Shown here: one piece after another, positions 18,175 through 28,748 of the stretch
Layout of the letters: each line of letters opens with the position of its first letter
Position numbering within the stretch: position 1 is the stretch's first letter
Assembly: GCA_022794055.1 (NCBI GenBank)
Contig: JAAWEA010000044.1
Span: forward strand, 19,006 to 83,005
Origin: Clostridia bacterium
GTDB taxonomy: Bacteria; Bacillota; Clostridia; TANB77; CAG-508
Direction: 5' to 3'
Length of the DNA stretch: 64,000 nt
The notes under the pieces: generated by a model
Told to the model about the DNA's origin: nothing
The model's database searches: none
What the model saw: only the letters and a program-made list of their open reading frames with translations
Program-made: the position numbers and the translations under genes

Positions 18175-18687
18175 ATGAAAGAATTAAATGTACTAATAAA
18201 TAATGCAAGACTAGAAAAAAGATTAGACGAAATGGCAAAAGAAATTGAAAAAGATTATAAAGGGAAAGAAATTGTTTTTATAGGAATTTTAAAAGGTTCT
18301 GTTCCATTTATGTGGGAATTAGCAAAAAGAATAAAAAACAATATAATTTTTGAATTCATTGAAGTATCAAGTTATATAAACAACGAAAGTTCAGGAAAAG
18401 TAATATTACATAAAGATATAAAAAGCAGCATAGAGGGGAAAGATGTTATTATAGTAGAAGATATTGTTGATACAGGAAAGACATTAGATTTTTTACTAAA
18501 ACATTTAGAAGAGAAAAATGCGAAAAGTGTAAAAATAGCAACATTATTAAGTAAACCATCAAGAAGAGTAATAGAACTAAATGTAGATTATATAGGCTTC
18601 AAAATTGATGATAAATATGTTGTAGGATTTGGATTAGATGATAACCAGAACTTAAGGAACTTGCCTTATATTGGATATTATGAATAG
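18175..18687 (+). CDS. hpt: hypoxanthine-guanine phosphoribosyltransferase
   Basis: MKELNVLI...VFIGILKGSVPFMWELAKRI...VIIVEDIVDTGKTL is a PRTase type I PRPP-binding motif. RBS AAAGGGGA is present. Confidence 0.9.
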   Translation: MKELNVLINNARLEKRLDEMAKEIEKDYKGKEIVFIGILKGSVPFMWELAKRIKNNIIFEFIEVSSYINNESSGKVILHKDIKSSIEGKDVIIVEDIVDTGKTLDFLLKHLEEKNAKSVKIATLLSKPSRRVIELNVDYIGFKIDDKYVVGFGLDDNQNLRNLPYIGYYE

Positions 18688-18695
18688 AGGGAAAA

Positions 18696-20477
18696 ATGTT
18701 TAATATTGAAGAGGAACTAAAAAAATTACCAGGAGAGCCTGGTGTATATATAATGAAAGACAAAAATGACACTATAATTTATGTTGGAAAAGCAGTGTCA
18801 TTAAAAAATAGAGTGAGGTCTTATTTTAGAAAAACAAATAAGACTGAAAGAATTAAGAAAATGGTAAGTTTGATTGACCATTTTGAGTATATTGTTGTTG
18901 ATAATGAAGCAGAAGCATTGATTTTAGAGTGTAACTTAATTAAGAAAAATCGTCCTAAATTTAATGTTTTATTAAAAGATGATAAAACATATCCTTATAT
19001 AAAAATTGATGTAAAATCAGAATATCCAAATGTAATAATAACAAGAAAATTGATTAATGATGGTGCAAGATATTTCGGTCCTTATGCTAATCCTGGTGCA
19101 GCAAAGGAAATGTTAAATTTTATAAAGCAAAGATATAAAATACGTCAATGTAGAAATTTTAAGTCTACAACAAGACCTTGTTTAAATTATCATATTAAAA
19201 GGTGTTTAGCACCTTGTGTGGGATATGTAACACCAGAAAATTATAGGAAGCAAATAGATGAAATTATTGATTTACTAGAAGGAAAGACAGATAAAATTAT
19301 TAAAGAATTAGACAAGCAAATGGAAGAGGCATCAAAAAAATTGGAATTTGAAAAAGCAGCAGAATTGCGTGATAGAAAAGTAGCAATTGAAAGAGCTTCT
19401 TCTAAGCAAAAAGTTTCTAATATTTCAGAAAATAATATTGATGTAATTGGTTTATATAAATCAAAGATTGATGTATGTGTAGAGATTTTCTTTGTTAGAG
19501 GAAGCAAAATGATAGGAAGAGAGCATTACTTTTTTCCAGAGTTAAAAGATATGGATAGCATGGAGATATTAACAGGTTTTATCAAACAGTATTATTTAGA
19601 AAATCCTAATATTCCAAATAGAATAATGCTAAGGGAAGAATTAGCTGATAAACAAGTAATTGAACAATGGTTATCCACAGAATTAGGAAAAAAAGTGGAA
19701 TTAAAGAGTCCTAAAAAAGGTGAAAAGTTGAAATTTGTGGAAATGGCAGAGAATAATGCTAAAATAACACTACAAAATAAAGAAAAAGATAAATCAGAAA
19801 TAATGATGGAATTAAAACAAGTATTAAAATTAGATAAGCTTCCAAGAAAAATTGAAACATTTGATATTTCAAACATTTCAGGTGAATTTATGGTTGCAGG
19901 AATGTGTGTAATGATAGATGGGGTTATTAAGAAAAATCTTTCAAGAAGGTTTAAAATAAAAACGGTTTTTTCTCAAGATGATCCTAAATGTATGGAAGAA
20001 GTTGTAACTAGAAGATTAGCACATTCTATTGAAAAAGAGGATAGTGGATTTGGAAAGTTACCAGATGTATTTTTTGCTGATGGTGGAATTACACAGATTA
20101 GAGCAATTAAGCAAGCCGTTGAAAAATATAATTTAGATATACCAGTGTTTGGTATGGTTAAAAATGATAAACATCAAACAAGAGCCTTGATGGATGAAAA
20201 TAGAAATGAACTTCCAATTTCAGAAAATTTGATGAATTTAATTACTAGATTTCAAGATACTGTACATGATACAGCAATTACTTACCATAGGAAATTAAGA
20301 GAAAAGTCAGTTACAAAATCAGAGCTTGATGATATAAAAGGAATAGGTGAGGCAAAGAAGAAATCATTATTAAAGCATTTTGGTAGTGTTGAGAAAATAA
20401 AACATGCTTCCAAAGAAGATTTGATGGAAGTTAAGGGAATTACAGAAAAAATTGTAGAACAGATTAAAAAAGAGTAG
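18696..20477 (+). CDS. uvrC: excinuclease ABC subunit C
   Basis: N-terminal GIY-YIG domain (LPGEPGVYIMKDKNDTIIYVGKAVSLKNRVRSYF), UvrBC motif, and C-terminal RNaseH-like plus HhH (IKGIGEAKKKSLLKHFGSVEKI). 593 aa. Confidence 0.95.
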   Translation: MFNIEEELKKLPGEPGVYIMKDKNDTIIYVGKAVSLKNRVRSYFRKTNKTERIKKMVSLIDHFEYIVVDNEAEALILECNLIKKNRPKFNVLLKDDKTYPYIKIDVKSEYPNVIITRKLINDGARYFGPYANPGAAKEMLNFIKQRYKIRQCRNFKSTTRPCLNYHIKRCLAPCVGYVTPENYRKQIDEIIDLLEGKTDKIIKELDKQMEEASKKLEFEKAAELRDRKVAIERASSKQKVSNISENNIDVIGLYKSKIDVCVEIFFVRGSKMIGREHYFFPELKDMDSMEILTGFIKQYYLENPNIPNRIMLREELADKQVIEQWLSTELGKKVELKSPKKGEKLKFVEMAENNAKITLQNKEKDKSEIMMELKQVLKLDKLPRKIETFDISNISGEFMVAGMCVMIDGVIKKNLSRRFKIKTVFSQDDPKCMEEVVTRRLAHSIEKEDSGFGKLPDVFFADGGITQIRAIKQAVEKYNLDIPVFGMVKNDKHQTRALMDENRNELPISENLMNLITRFQDTVHDTAITYHRKLREKSVTKSELDDIKGIGEAKKKSLLKHFGSVEKIKHASKEDLMEVKGITEKIVEQIKKE

Positions 20478-20486
20478 GAAATTGAA

Positions 20487-20645
20487 AGAATGGAAGAGGG
20501 AAAAAGGGTCCAGGACAAAAAATCCCTCTTTTTTGTGTTATATTATTTTAAACAAAAAAAAAGAGGGATTTTTTGTGTTATATTATTTTAAACAAAAAAA
20601 AGAGGGATTTTTTGTCCTGGACCCTTTTTCCCTCTTCCCTTCTTT
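20487..20645. repeat. palindromic intergenic repeat element, copy 3 (variant loop with internal ~39-bp tandem duplication)
   Basis: Arms GAAGAGGGAAAAAGGGTCCAGGACAAAAAATCCCTCTT / AAGAGGGATTTTTTGTCCTGGACCCTTTTTCCCTCTTC. The loop contains GTGTTATATTATTTTAAACAAAAAAAAGAGGGATTTTTT twice. Confidence 0.85.
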
Positions 20646-20647
20646 TT

Positions 20648-22204
20648 TTATTTTGAAATTAGATAATAATTATTACCTACAACTTCTGAATTATTCTCAA
20701 TTTTATAAATAGTTTCAATATTTTTAAAATCAGATTTATCTTTTAATTCATTTAAAATAGTTTCATTATCCATATAAGATTTAATTGATAAAACAAAAGA
20801 ATCTTCACTTTTTAAACTTTCATCATTAATAACAAAATCAAGTTCATTGTTCTTATAATTAATAATCAATGTTTTATTATAAATCATCATTTCTGGAATA
20901 CTTTGCATGTGATTAAAGAAATTATCATAAACATAAACAAAAGATTTTTCACTATTATTATTTGCAATATCTAAAATTTCTTGATAGTTCTCATATAAAA
21001 ATTTCGGTTTAGAAGATATAAAACCAATAGAAACTATAACAATAGCTATAATAGTACAAATAATATCTTTATATTTAATTTTAATTAGATCATCTAACAT
21101 AAAGAACAGTGTAAGTACAACAAATGGTATAACTGCCATAATGTATCTTAACTCTTGGAAAGATGTCATTTTTACAGAAATTAAAAAGTAAAAAACACTT
21201 GGTATTATTAGTAGACTTGGTATAAATTTATCTTTACTTTTTATAAAATAATATGTAGTACTTATTGCGAATAAAGTGAATATCAATCCAATTAGTAAAG
21301 CAGAGTTTTGGTTAATATTAAAAGCATAAGCTAAATGTTTTACATAAGTCCAAGTATGCTCTAAATAGCCAGCATTTCCTAAATTTGATAATCCTCTATC
21401 TGAAAATAGCAAATGTTTAACACAAGGGACAAATAACACAACACCAATTATTGCATATAAAGCATGATAACCTAAATATTTTGGTATTTTATCTTGTTTG
21501 TTATTTCTAATCATTTCTGCTATCATAATTGCAAAAATAAAGAAGGCATATATTGCAAAAAAGTATTGAGTTAAGAAACCAAGTACAGTTGTTATGCCAA
21601 GTTGTATTTTTAACTTTTTATCAAATTCAAAGTCATTTTTATATATTTTTAAACTTAAATAAAAATATAACATTATAAAAGTAGTTAGTAACATGTACAT
21701 TCTTTGGAAAATAACCATTGAAATTGTTCCCATACATAATCCATAAAGAATTAAACTAGGAATAATTAAATTTTCTTTTCCTAATAGAGCTAATATTTTC
21801 TTTAATATAATACAACTAAAGATAAATGCAATTATATTTACAATAAATACAGTATAAATATTAAATTGACCACCAAATAAAATACTAGAAAAATGAACAC
21901 AAGTATAAAAAATAGGTGGATGATTATCATAAGCTTGATTCATGTATAAAGCTTTGAAATTTAAAAAGTTATTAGGTGTTAGTGTCATAAAGTTTTTTAC
22001 ATATTCTTTTGTTCTCCATACAGGCTTATCATTTTCATGAGCTGTCATTAAACCATTATAAGGATTAACAGAAGAACATAAAGTATAGCCCTCGTCTTCA
22101 TGAAGTCCTATTTTTTTGGTTTGATAAAAAAGTGTAATTCCACACATAATTAAAATTATAATTTCAATTAATATTTTTCTTATTATTTCCTTATCTTTTA
22201 ACAT
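20648..22204 (-). CDS. polytopic membrane protein, GT-C-type glycosyltransferase-like (family 39/ArnT-like)
   Basis: 518 aa with about 10 TM helices in the N-terminal two-thirds. A DEGY motif lies in the first extracytoplasmic loop (HEDEGYTL). The C-terminal domain is soluble. Confidence 0.4.
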   Translation of the reverse strand: MLKDKEIIRKILIEIIILIMCGITLFYQTKKIGLHEDEGYTLCSSVNPYNGLMTAHENDKPVWRTKEYVKNFMTLTPNNFLNFKALYMNQAYDNHPPIFYTCVHFSSILFGGQFNIYTVFIVNIIAFIFSCIILKKILALLGKENLIIPSLILYGLCMGTISMVIFQRMYMLLTTFIMLYFYLSLKIYKNDFEFDKKLKIQLGITTVLGFLTQYFFAIYAFFIFAIMIAEMIRNNKQDKIPKYLGYHALYAIIGVVLFVPCVKHLLFSDRGLSNLGNAGYLEHTWTYVKHLAYAFNINQNSALLIGLIFTLFAISTTYYFIKSKDKFIPSLLIIPSVFYFLISVKMTSFQELRYIMAVIPFVVLTLFFMLDDLIKIKYKDIICTIIAIVIVSIGFISSKPKFLYENYQEILDIANNNSEKSFVYVYDNFFNHMQSIPEMMIYNKTLIINYKNNELDFVINDESLKSEDSFVLSIKSYMDNETILNELKDKSDFKNIETIYKIENNSEVVGNNYYLISK

Positions 22205-22336
22205 TTAAATTTTCCCCTTTCTTATGTTTAAACGATATTGCAATTTAAAAAAAATTATATCATTAAAAATTTATTTTAACAATAGGAATATTTTAAAAAG
22301 TTGTGCATATATATAATACAAATGGAGGAATTTAAA

Positions 22337-22534
22337 ATGGAAGATGTTTTTAAAATAAGGTATAATGACAAATTGGACAAGTTAGAAATAGCACCAAAGA
22401 GTAAGAGAGAAAAAGTAATAAAATTTACAACTAATCATAAGCTTATGACAGCTGTTTTTACAAGTTTTGTGATTTTTTCAGGAATAAATATTTATTTGAT
22501 TTGTACATTTTTTAAGATTTTAGGAAATGTTTAA
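22337..22534 (+). CDS. small membrane protein (hypothetical)
   Basis: ATG at 22337 after AATGGAGGAA. 66 aa with one C-terminal TM segment. Confidence 0.3.
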   Translation: MEDVFKIRYNDKLDKLEIAPKSKREKVIKFTTNHKLMTAVFTSFVIFSGINIYLICTFFKILGNV

Positions 22535-22696
22535 AAAATTCAAAACTTAAAAATAGCTAATATATACAAAATAAATAAAGTATGCTAAAATATAACTATT
22601 CAAAAAAGGATAGTTATATTTTTTATGGAAAAGAAAAATTATTAAAAACATTAGAAGAAACTATTAAAAAGATATCTATAAAGGAGAAATTGATAA

Positions 22697-23560
22697 ATGA
22701 AATTAGCAAGTGAGTGGGAAAATTATAAGTTGTTAGATATGGCGAATGGACAAAAATTAGAAAGATGGGGAGATGTTGTACTTTCTAGGCCTGATCCACA
22801 AATTATATGGAAAGAAAAAAGTTTTCCTAAAAAATGGAAAGAAATTAATGCGACATATCATAGAAGTAATTCAGGTGGAGGCTCATGGGAATTTAATAAA
22901 AAAATGCCAAAGCAATGGAAAATTAAATATAAAAGTTTAACATTTAATATTAAACCAATGGGATTTAAGCATACAGGACTATTTCCAGAGCAAGCGATAA
23001 ATTGGGATTGGATGATAAATAAAATAAGATTAGAAAGAAGAGAAATAAAAGTATTAAATTTATTTGCATATACAGGTGGAGCAACAGTTGCTTGTAGCTA
23101 TGCAGGTGCAGCAGTATGCCATGTAGATAGTTCAAAAGGAATGACTACATGGGCAAAAGAAAATTTAGAAGCATCGGGATTGAAAGATAGACCTGTTAGA
23201 TTTATTGTTGATGATGTTGTAAAGTTTGTAAATAGGGAGATTAGAAGAGGAAATAAATATGATGCTATTATAATGGATCCGCCATCTTATGGAAGAGGAG
23301 CAAATGGAGAAGTATGGCAATTTGAAAATAATATATATGATTTAGTAGAACTATGCACAAATGTATTATCAGATAATCCATTATTTTTCTTAATTAATTC
23401 ATATACTACAGGAATATCTAGTAAGGTTTTGGAAAACATTTTAGATCTAACAGTAAATAGAAAGAAAAAAGGTAAATTGGAATCAGGAGAAATAGGAATT
23501 CCAATGGAAAATTCCAAATTAGTGTTGCCTGCTGGAATTTATGGAAGATGGGAGAAATAG
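22697..23560 (+). CDS. class I SAM-dependent methyltransferase (RlmI/YccW-like RNA methyltransferase family)
   Basis: AYTGGATVACSYAGA is the motif I Gly-rich loop. IMDPPSYGR is a DPPxF/Y-type motif IV. Confidence 0.55.
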   Translation: MKLASEWENYKLLDMANGQKLERWGDVVLSRPDPQIIWKEKSFPKKWKEINATYHRSNSGGGSWEFNKKMPKQWKIKYKSLTFNIKPMGFKHTGLFPEQAINWDWMINKIRLERREIKVLNLFAYTGGATVACSYAGAAVCHVDSSKGMTTWAKENLEASGLKDRPVRFIVDDVVKFVNREIRRGNKYDAIIMDPPSYGRGANGEVWQFENNIYDLVELCTNVLSDNPLFFLINSYTTGISSKVLENILDLTVNRKKKGKLESGEIGIPMENSKLVLPAGIYGRWEK

Positions 23561-24280
23561 ATATTTATACTATTTTAAAAGGAGAAAAAATGAAAAATTT
23601 GAAAGTAATATATGAAGATAATCATATTATTGTAGTAGAGAAATTACCTAATATTCCGTCTCAAGCTGATAAGACAGAAGACATAGATATGATAACTATA
23701 GTAAAAGAATATATTAAAGAAAAATATAATAAACCTAGAAATGTATATTTAGGATTGGTGCATAGGCTAGATAGACCTGTTGGAGGTGTTATGATATTTG
23801 CTAAAACTTCTAAGGCAGCAGGAAGATTAAGTGATCAGGTAAGAAATAAAGTTTTTAAGAAAAAATATTTAGCAGTAGTTGATGGAAAAGTAAATCCAAA
23901 TAAGCGGAGATTTAGAAGATTATTTATATAAAGATGAAAGAAATAATATGAGTAAAGTAGTTAGTAAAGACAAGAAGAATGCAAAGTTAGCAAAGTTAGA
24001 TTATGAATTAATAACTTATAATGAAGTAAAAAAATTAAGTTTAATAAAAGTAAATTTACATACAGGGAGACATCATCAAATTAGAGTGCAATTATCACAT
24101 TTTGGGCATAGCATTTTTGGAGATCAAAAATATGGACTTAGAGGAAAAGGTAAGCAAATAGCATTATGGGCTTATGAATTAACTATAGAACATCCAATTA
24201 CTAAAGAAGAAATAACATTTAAAGATTTACCACAAAGTTTAGGAACATGGTGCATTTTAAAAAATATTAGTAATTTATAG
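23548..24280 (+). pseudogene. RluA-family pseudouridine synthase disrupted by +1 frameshift (single C insertion near 23905)
   Basis: ORF1 carries HRLDRPVGGVMIFAKT, the RluA catalytic Asp motif. ORF2 carries LHTGRHHQIRVQLSH. Deleting C in AAG-C-GGA gives a continuous ...DGKVNPNKGDLEDYLYKDERNNMSKVV... reading frame. Confidence 0.7.
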
Positions 24281-24498
24281 AAGATAGTAAAAACTATCTT
24301 CTTTATTTTTTTGTAGATATAAAAATAGTATTCATTATTTTAGTTTAGCGAGAAATTTACAAAAACACCAAAATATTTTATGAAACAGAAAATATTAAAA
24401 GATGCAAAAGAAAAGCGAGGTTTAATAAAATAAATAAAAACATTCCTCTATAAGGTGATAAACTACGTTTAACAAAAGAGGAAACGTGGTGAGAAAAA

Positions 24499-25110
24499 AT
24501 GATAGATAAAATCACTCAATCTCTAACCAATAAAATAAGAAAAAAAATGCCAGATGTAGATGATGAAAGAGCAGAAATAATAAATTATGGGCTTCAAGTT
24601 CTTTTAGGTGAAGTTCCTAAAATATTTATAATGTTATTAATATCATATATATTAGGAGTGTTTAAATTAACTTTAATTACATTTTTAATATTGATTCCAT
24701 ATAGAGGAGCTTCTGGAGGATTTCATCTAAAGACACATATAGGATGTATAATATCAACATGTGCATTTTATTGTGGGGTTGCATTTTTATCAAAAAGCAT
24801 TATTTTAGGTAATATTGAAAAATATTTATTAGTAGTTGCAGTAGGAATATTTGCAATGATTATGATAAAACTATATGCACCTGCTGATACAGAAGAAGCA
24901 CCAATTGTAAGTAAAAGATTAAGAAAGAAAAAACAAATTGCATCTTATATTTTTCTTATAATAGGTTTAGTGATAGCTATTTTTATAAAAAATAATATAA
25001 TTTCTAATATGATTATATTTGGATATTTTATACAAACATGTATGATTACAAGAATTGCTTATAAAATTACAAATAATAAATATGGATATGAATTATATGA
25101 AAATGCTTAA
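24499..25110 (+). CDS. agrB: accessory gene regulator B (AgrD-processing membrane endopeptidase)
   Basis: 203-aa polytopic protein with the AgrB hallmarks R-x-x-GG-x-H...C (PYRGASGGFHLKTHIGCIISTC). Confidence 0.75.
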   Translation: MIDKITQSLTNKIRKKMPDVDDERAEIINYGLQVLLGEVPKIFIMLLISYILGVFKLTLITFLILIPYRGASGGFHLKTHIGCIISTCAFYCGVAFLSKSIILGNIEKYLLVVAVGIFAMIMIKLYAPADTEEAPIVSKRLRKKKQIASYIFLIIGLVIAIFIKNNIISNMIIFGYFIQTCMITRIAYKITNNKYGYELYENA

Positions 25111-25187
25111 AATTATTTAGTTAATATTAAAAATACAAGCCGGCAGTATTTTTATATTATATATAAAAAACAAAGGAGGAAATCTTT

Positions 25188-25307
25188 ATGTTAAAATTTT
25201 TAGCTAAAGTTGCAGAAAAATATGCTAAATCTACAAATACAGCTTGTGGAATTATGTGGATAATGCATCAACCAAAAATGCCAGCAAGCTTAGTAAAAAA
25301 AGATTAA
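25188..25307 (+). CDS. agrD: autoinducing-peptide precursor AgrD (39 aa, absent from supplied ORF track)
   Basis: RBS AAAGGAGGA sits 7 nt before the ATG. The peptide is MLKFLAKVAEKYAKSTNTACGIMWIMHQPKMPASLVKKD: an amphipathic leader, a Cys-containing core and an HQP-charged tail as in clostridial AgrD (..SACLWFTHQPEEPKSL). It lies directly downstream of agrB. Confidence 0.65.
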   Translation: MLKFLAKVAEKYAKSTNTACGIMWIMHQPKMPASLVKKD

Positions 25308-25473
25308 TTTTCAATATGTTTTTAAATTTAAGTATAGTGTTTAATTATACTGTACTTAAAATAATATACTTTAATGTTATTATAAACAATCCAACCAAAA
25401 AAGAACAGTTTAAACTGTTCTTTTTTGGTTGGATAAAATAAAGAAGGAATTTTTATTCTAAAATCCTTTTTAT

Positions 25474-26823
25474 TTAATAGTAAATTTCTAATTGTTGAGA
25501 GAAATATTCATCATCTTTTGTTGTAGTTAAATTGACATTATTGTTCTTTTTTAATATTTGTGTAATTTCCCATAGTCCAAGTCCAGTATGATTTTCTTTT
25601 TCACTATAACCTTTATTAAATATTGTGTTTATATCAATATCTTTATTTTTATAAGTATTTTCTATTAAAACTATATTTCTATTATTTTTAGTATCATTTC
25701 TAAAAACAATATTTAATACTTTTTTATCACATTCTGATGTGGCTTCAATACTATTATCTAACAATATTCCTAGTATTCTTGTGAATTCATATATTTTCAT
25801 ATTTATATCATTTAAATCAAGTAAAAATGTTAAGTTTACTTTTATTCCTTTTTCTTCAGCTTGATTATATTTTGTTGTAAGTAAATTATATATACCTGGA
25901 TTGTTAACAATATCTGGATTTAGAATATATAAATTATTTACTTTTTCACAGTCTTCTTGTAATTGTGAATAATATTTTTCTAGACCTTTCATATCATTTG
26001 TTTTTATATAGCCACCAATTGTTGTTACAATATTATCAAAGTCATGTTTAAAACCTCTAACATTATCATGTAGAATATGTAATGTTTTGTTATATTCTTC
26101 TGAACTCTCTAATTTCTGTTTAGTTGTAGCCAATGACATAATTTTTGCTAAACTAAAGAAACTTAAACCAAAATAAATAATTAAACTGATAAAATTAAAA
26201 AAAGTAAATTGGATAGGTAGTATATCAGTATAATTATATGTTAATATAACTTGCATTACTATATTAAAAAATCCAAATATAAAATTTAAAGTAACAATAG
26301 ATTTATTAGTTTTATCAAAATTTTCTATTATGTTTATAGCAATTTTTCTATATTTTAATATAAAAGCAAAAATATATACTATTAAATACATTAAAATCGA
26401 AAAAGGTATTCTAAAAATTGGAATTGTAGTAGCCTGTTCAGTAGAAATGTCAAAAATATTTAGATAGGGTGTAAAAATTAAACCACCAACTAAACTAAAA
26501 ATAATGCCAGGATAGACAGCAGCAATTAATGTCTTTAATATATTCATTTTAAAGATAAAATGTACAAGTACAAATGCTGAAATATAATTAAAAATAACAT
26601 TATATGGTGATTTTATAAGAAACATTGCTAGTAATGCTATACTTGCAGTTGTAATTATATAAGTATATTTTTGTCTTTTGGAACAATCAACTTTAAAGGC
26701 ATTTCTTATAAGTAAGAACATTAATGGTGCTTCTATAAAAATATTTAGGAATATATAACATATATTTATTAAAAGTTGATTTGGAGTAGTAATAGCATTC
26801 CAAAAACTATTAAAAATGTCCAT
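25474..26823 (-). CDS. AgrC-like sensor histidine kinase (GHKL/HATPase_c_5 with polytopic sensor domain)
   Basis: Six or seven N-terminal TM helices. The C-terminus (GYSEKENHTGLGLWEITQILKK) is the AgrC/LytS-type ATPase G-box. Its start overlaps the upstream LytTR regulator gene. Confidence 0.7.
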   Translation of the reverse strand: MDIFNSFWNAITTPNQLLINICYIFLNIFIEAPLMFLLIRNAFKVDCSKRQKYTYIITTASIALLAMFLIKSPYNVIFNYISAFVLVHFIFKMNILKTLIAAVYPGIIFSLVGGLIFTPYLNIFDISTEQATTIPIFRIPFSILMYLIVYIFAFILKYRKIAINIIENFDKTNKSIVTLNFIFGFFNIVMQVILTYNYTDILPIQFTFFNFISLIIYFGLSFFSLAKIMSLATTKQKLESSEEYNKTLHILHDNVRGFKHDFDNIVTTIGGYIKTNDMKGLEKYYSQLQEDCEKVNNLYILNPDIVNNPGIYNLLTTKYNQAEEKGIKVNLTFLLDLNDINMKIYEFTRILGILLDNSIEATSECDKKVLNIVFRNDTKNNRNIVLIENTYKNKDIDINTIFNKGYSEKENHTGLGLWEITQILKKNNNVNLTTTKDDEYFSQQLEIYY

Positions 26824-27520
26824 ATTTTTTAACCTCCTCGATTAAAGTCTTTTTATATTTAGGACCAATATCACAAGTGGAGCCATTATCAAAATATATT
26901 AAATCTTCTACAGGATCTAAATTAATAAGATTATTAACATTTACTATAAATGATTTATGAGACCTAATAAAATTAGAAGGTAAAGAATCTTGAATTTTGA
27001 CAAATGAACTATAAGTTTCATAATCTCTATTTTTAGTATGAAATATTAATTTCATAGCATCACGTTTAATATATAAAATTTCATCTTCAGCAATAATGGT
27101 TTTCTTATTATCAATCTTTATATATTTTTTAGGACACCCATTAACATCATCAAATAATCGAATAATAGTTTCTTCTAATCTTTCATAAGTAATAGGTTTA
27201 GCTAAATAATCAAATGTTTTAAATCTATAAGCCATCATTGCATATTCTAAATGAGCAGTTGTAAATATAAAATAAGTGTCTTTATATTTTTTTCTTACAA
27301 GAGATGCTATTTCTAAACCAGATTTATCAGATTTTAAATTAATATCTAAAATTAATACATCAGTTTTATTATCATCTACATAATCTAATAGTTCATCAAC
27401 ATTATCTGTTTTAAAACCAATTTGTGCATCATAGTTATGTTTAATAAAAATACTTTCTAGTATTTTAGAAAATTTATCTAAAATATTCAGGTTATCATCA
27501 CATATTACAAAGTTTAACAT
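26810..27520 (-). CDS. LytTR-family response regulator (AgrA/VirR-like)
   Basis: Receiver domain (VICDDN...DVLILDINL...) plus a C-terminal LytTR DNA-binding domain (IRSHKSFIVNVNNLINLD). Confidence 0.85.
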   Translation of the reverse strand: MLNFVICDDNLNILDKFSKILESIFIKHNYDAQIGFKTDNVDELLDYVDDNKTDVLILDINLKSDKSGLEIASLVRKKYKDTYFIFTTAHLEYAMMAYRFKTFDYLAKPITYERLEETIIRLFDDVNGCPKKYIKIDNKKTIIAEDEILYIKRDAMKLIFHTKNRDYETYSSFVKIQDSLPSNFIRSHKSFIVNVNNLINLDPVEDLIYFDNGSTCDIGPKYKKTLIEEVKKYGHF

Positions 27521-27843
27521 TTGTATCCTCCTAAAATTTAAAAAATTAACTTAAAAATTTAATAAAATAAAGGAATCGACAAAATGATATAAATTTCCTT
27601 TATTTTCCAATTTATATTACAATATAATCTAAAATTTTTTCATTGTCAATAGAAACTTTAGAAAATTATCCAAACGGAAATATAATTGATATTAATAGTG
27701 TTTGCTAATAAAACTGTTAGTATTATTTCTTGAATAGTAAATGGAAAATATTGGAAAAATATAAATAAGACAAAATAGTAATAATTAAAAAAACAAAAAC
27801 ATAAAATTTATAAAAGAAAAATACTAGCTTAGGAGGCAAAAAA

Positions 27844-28650
27844 ATGAAAAGAAGTTTGATATTAAAAATTTTTGTATTATTATTGTTAATTTTTTCAGTA
27901 ACATTAATAGTGAATAAAGGAGAAAAAGAAGAGTCAATACTAACAAATTCACAAACATTAAATAATAAAAAAATAGGATGGGGTATAAAAAGAAATGATA
28001 ACCATGAACAACCAGACTTAGGAAAATCAAATTTAGAAATTTTAGAAAAGAACAATGGAATAGCTATGGGAAATAAAAATGCTAAATTTGTTTATCTAAC
28101 ATTTGATGAAGGGTATGAAGCAGGATATACACCTAAAATTTTACAAACATTAAAGGAAAATAATGTAACAGCAACATTTTTTATTACAGCTCATTACTTA
28201 AATACACAAGAAGAGCTAGTAAAACAAATGATAGATGAAGGACATATTGTAGGAAATCATACTTGTAATCATCCTTCAATGCCAGATATAACAGATGAAA
28301 AGATAAATTCAGAAGTTATGGACTTACATAAAGCTATATATGAAAAATTTCAATATGAAATGAAATATATTAGACCACCAAAGGGAGAATATAGTGAAAG
28401 AACTATAAATATAACAAATTCATTAGGATATAAAACAGTTATGTGGTCTTTTGCGTATGAGGACTGGAATGAAGATAAACAGCCAGAAGAAGCAGTTGCA
28501 AAGCAAAAGATATTAGATAATGTTCATAATGGAGAAATAATTTTGTTACATGGAAATTCAAAAACAAATACAAATATTTTAGGAGATATAATTAAAGAAA
28601 TAAAAGCAATGGGATATGAATTTAGATCTTTAGATGAATTTAAAAGTTAA
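27844..28650 (+). CDS. polysaccharide deacetylase (NodB domain; PdaA-like sporulation cortex deacetylase)
   Basis: Signal/TM N-terminus and NodB motifs: LTFDEGY (TFDDG-like), HTCNHPS, LLHG. Confidence 0.75.
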   Translation: MKRSLILKIFVLLLLIFSVTLIVNKGEKEESILTNSQTLNNKKIGWGIKRNDNHEQPDLGKSNLEILEKNNGIAMGNKNAKFVYLTFDEGYEAGYTPKILQTLKENNVTATFFITAHYLNTQEELVKQMIDEGHIVGNHTCNHPSMPDITDEKINSEVMDLHKAIYEKFQYEMKYIRPPKGEYSERTINITNSLGYKTVMWSFAYEDWNEDKQPEEAVAKQKILDNVHNGEIILLHGNSKTNTNILGDIIKEIKAMGYEFRSLDEFKS

Positions 28651-28748
28651 TATAAGTTTGATCGGTTAATTTGGTATAGCTTTTTAACCGAAAAATAAAT
28701 ATTTGGTCAAAAAGGTAAGTCTTCAATGACCTATTTTAAGGAGAAATA

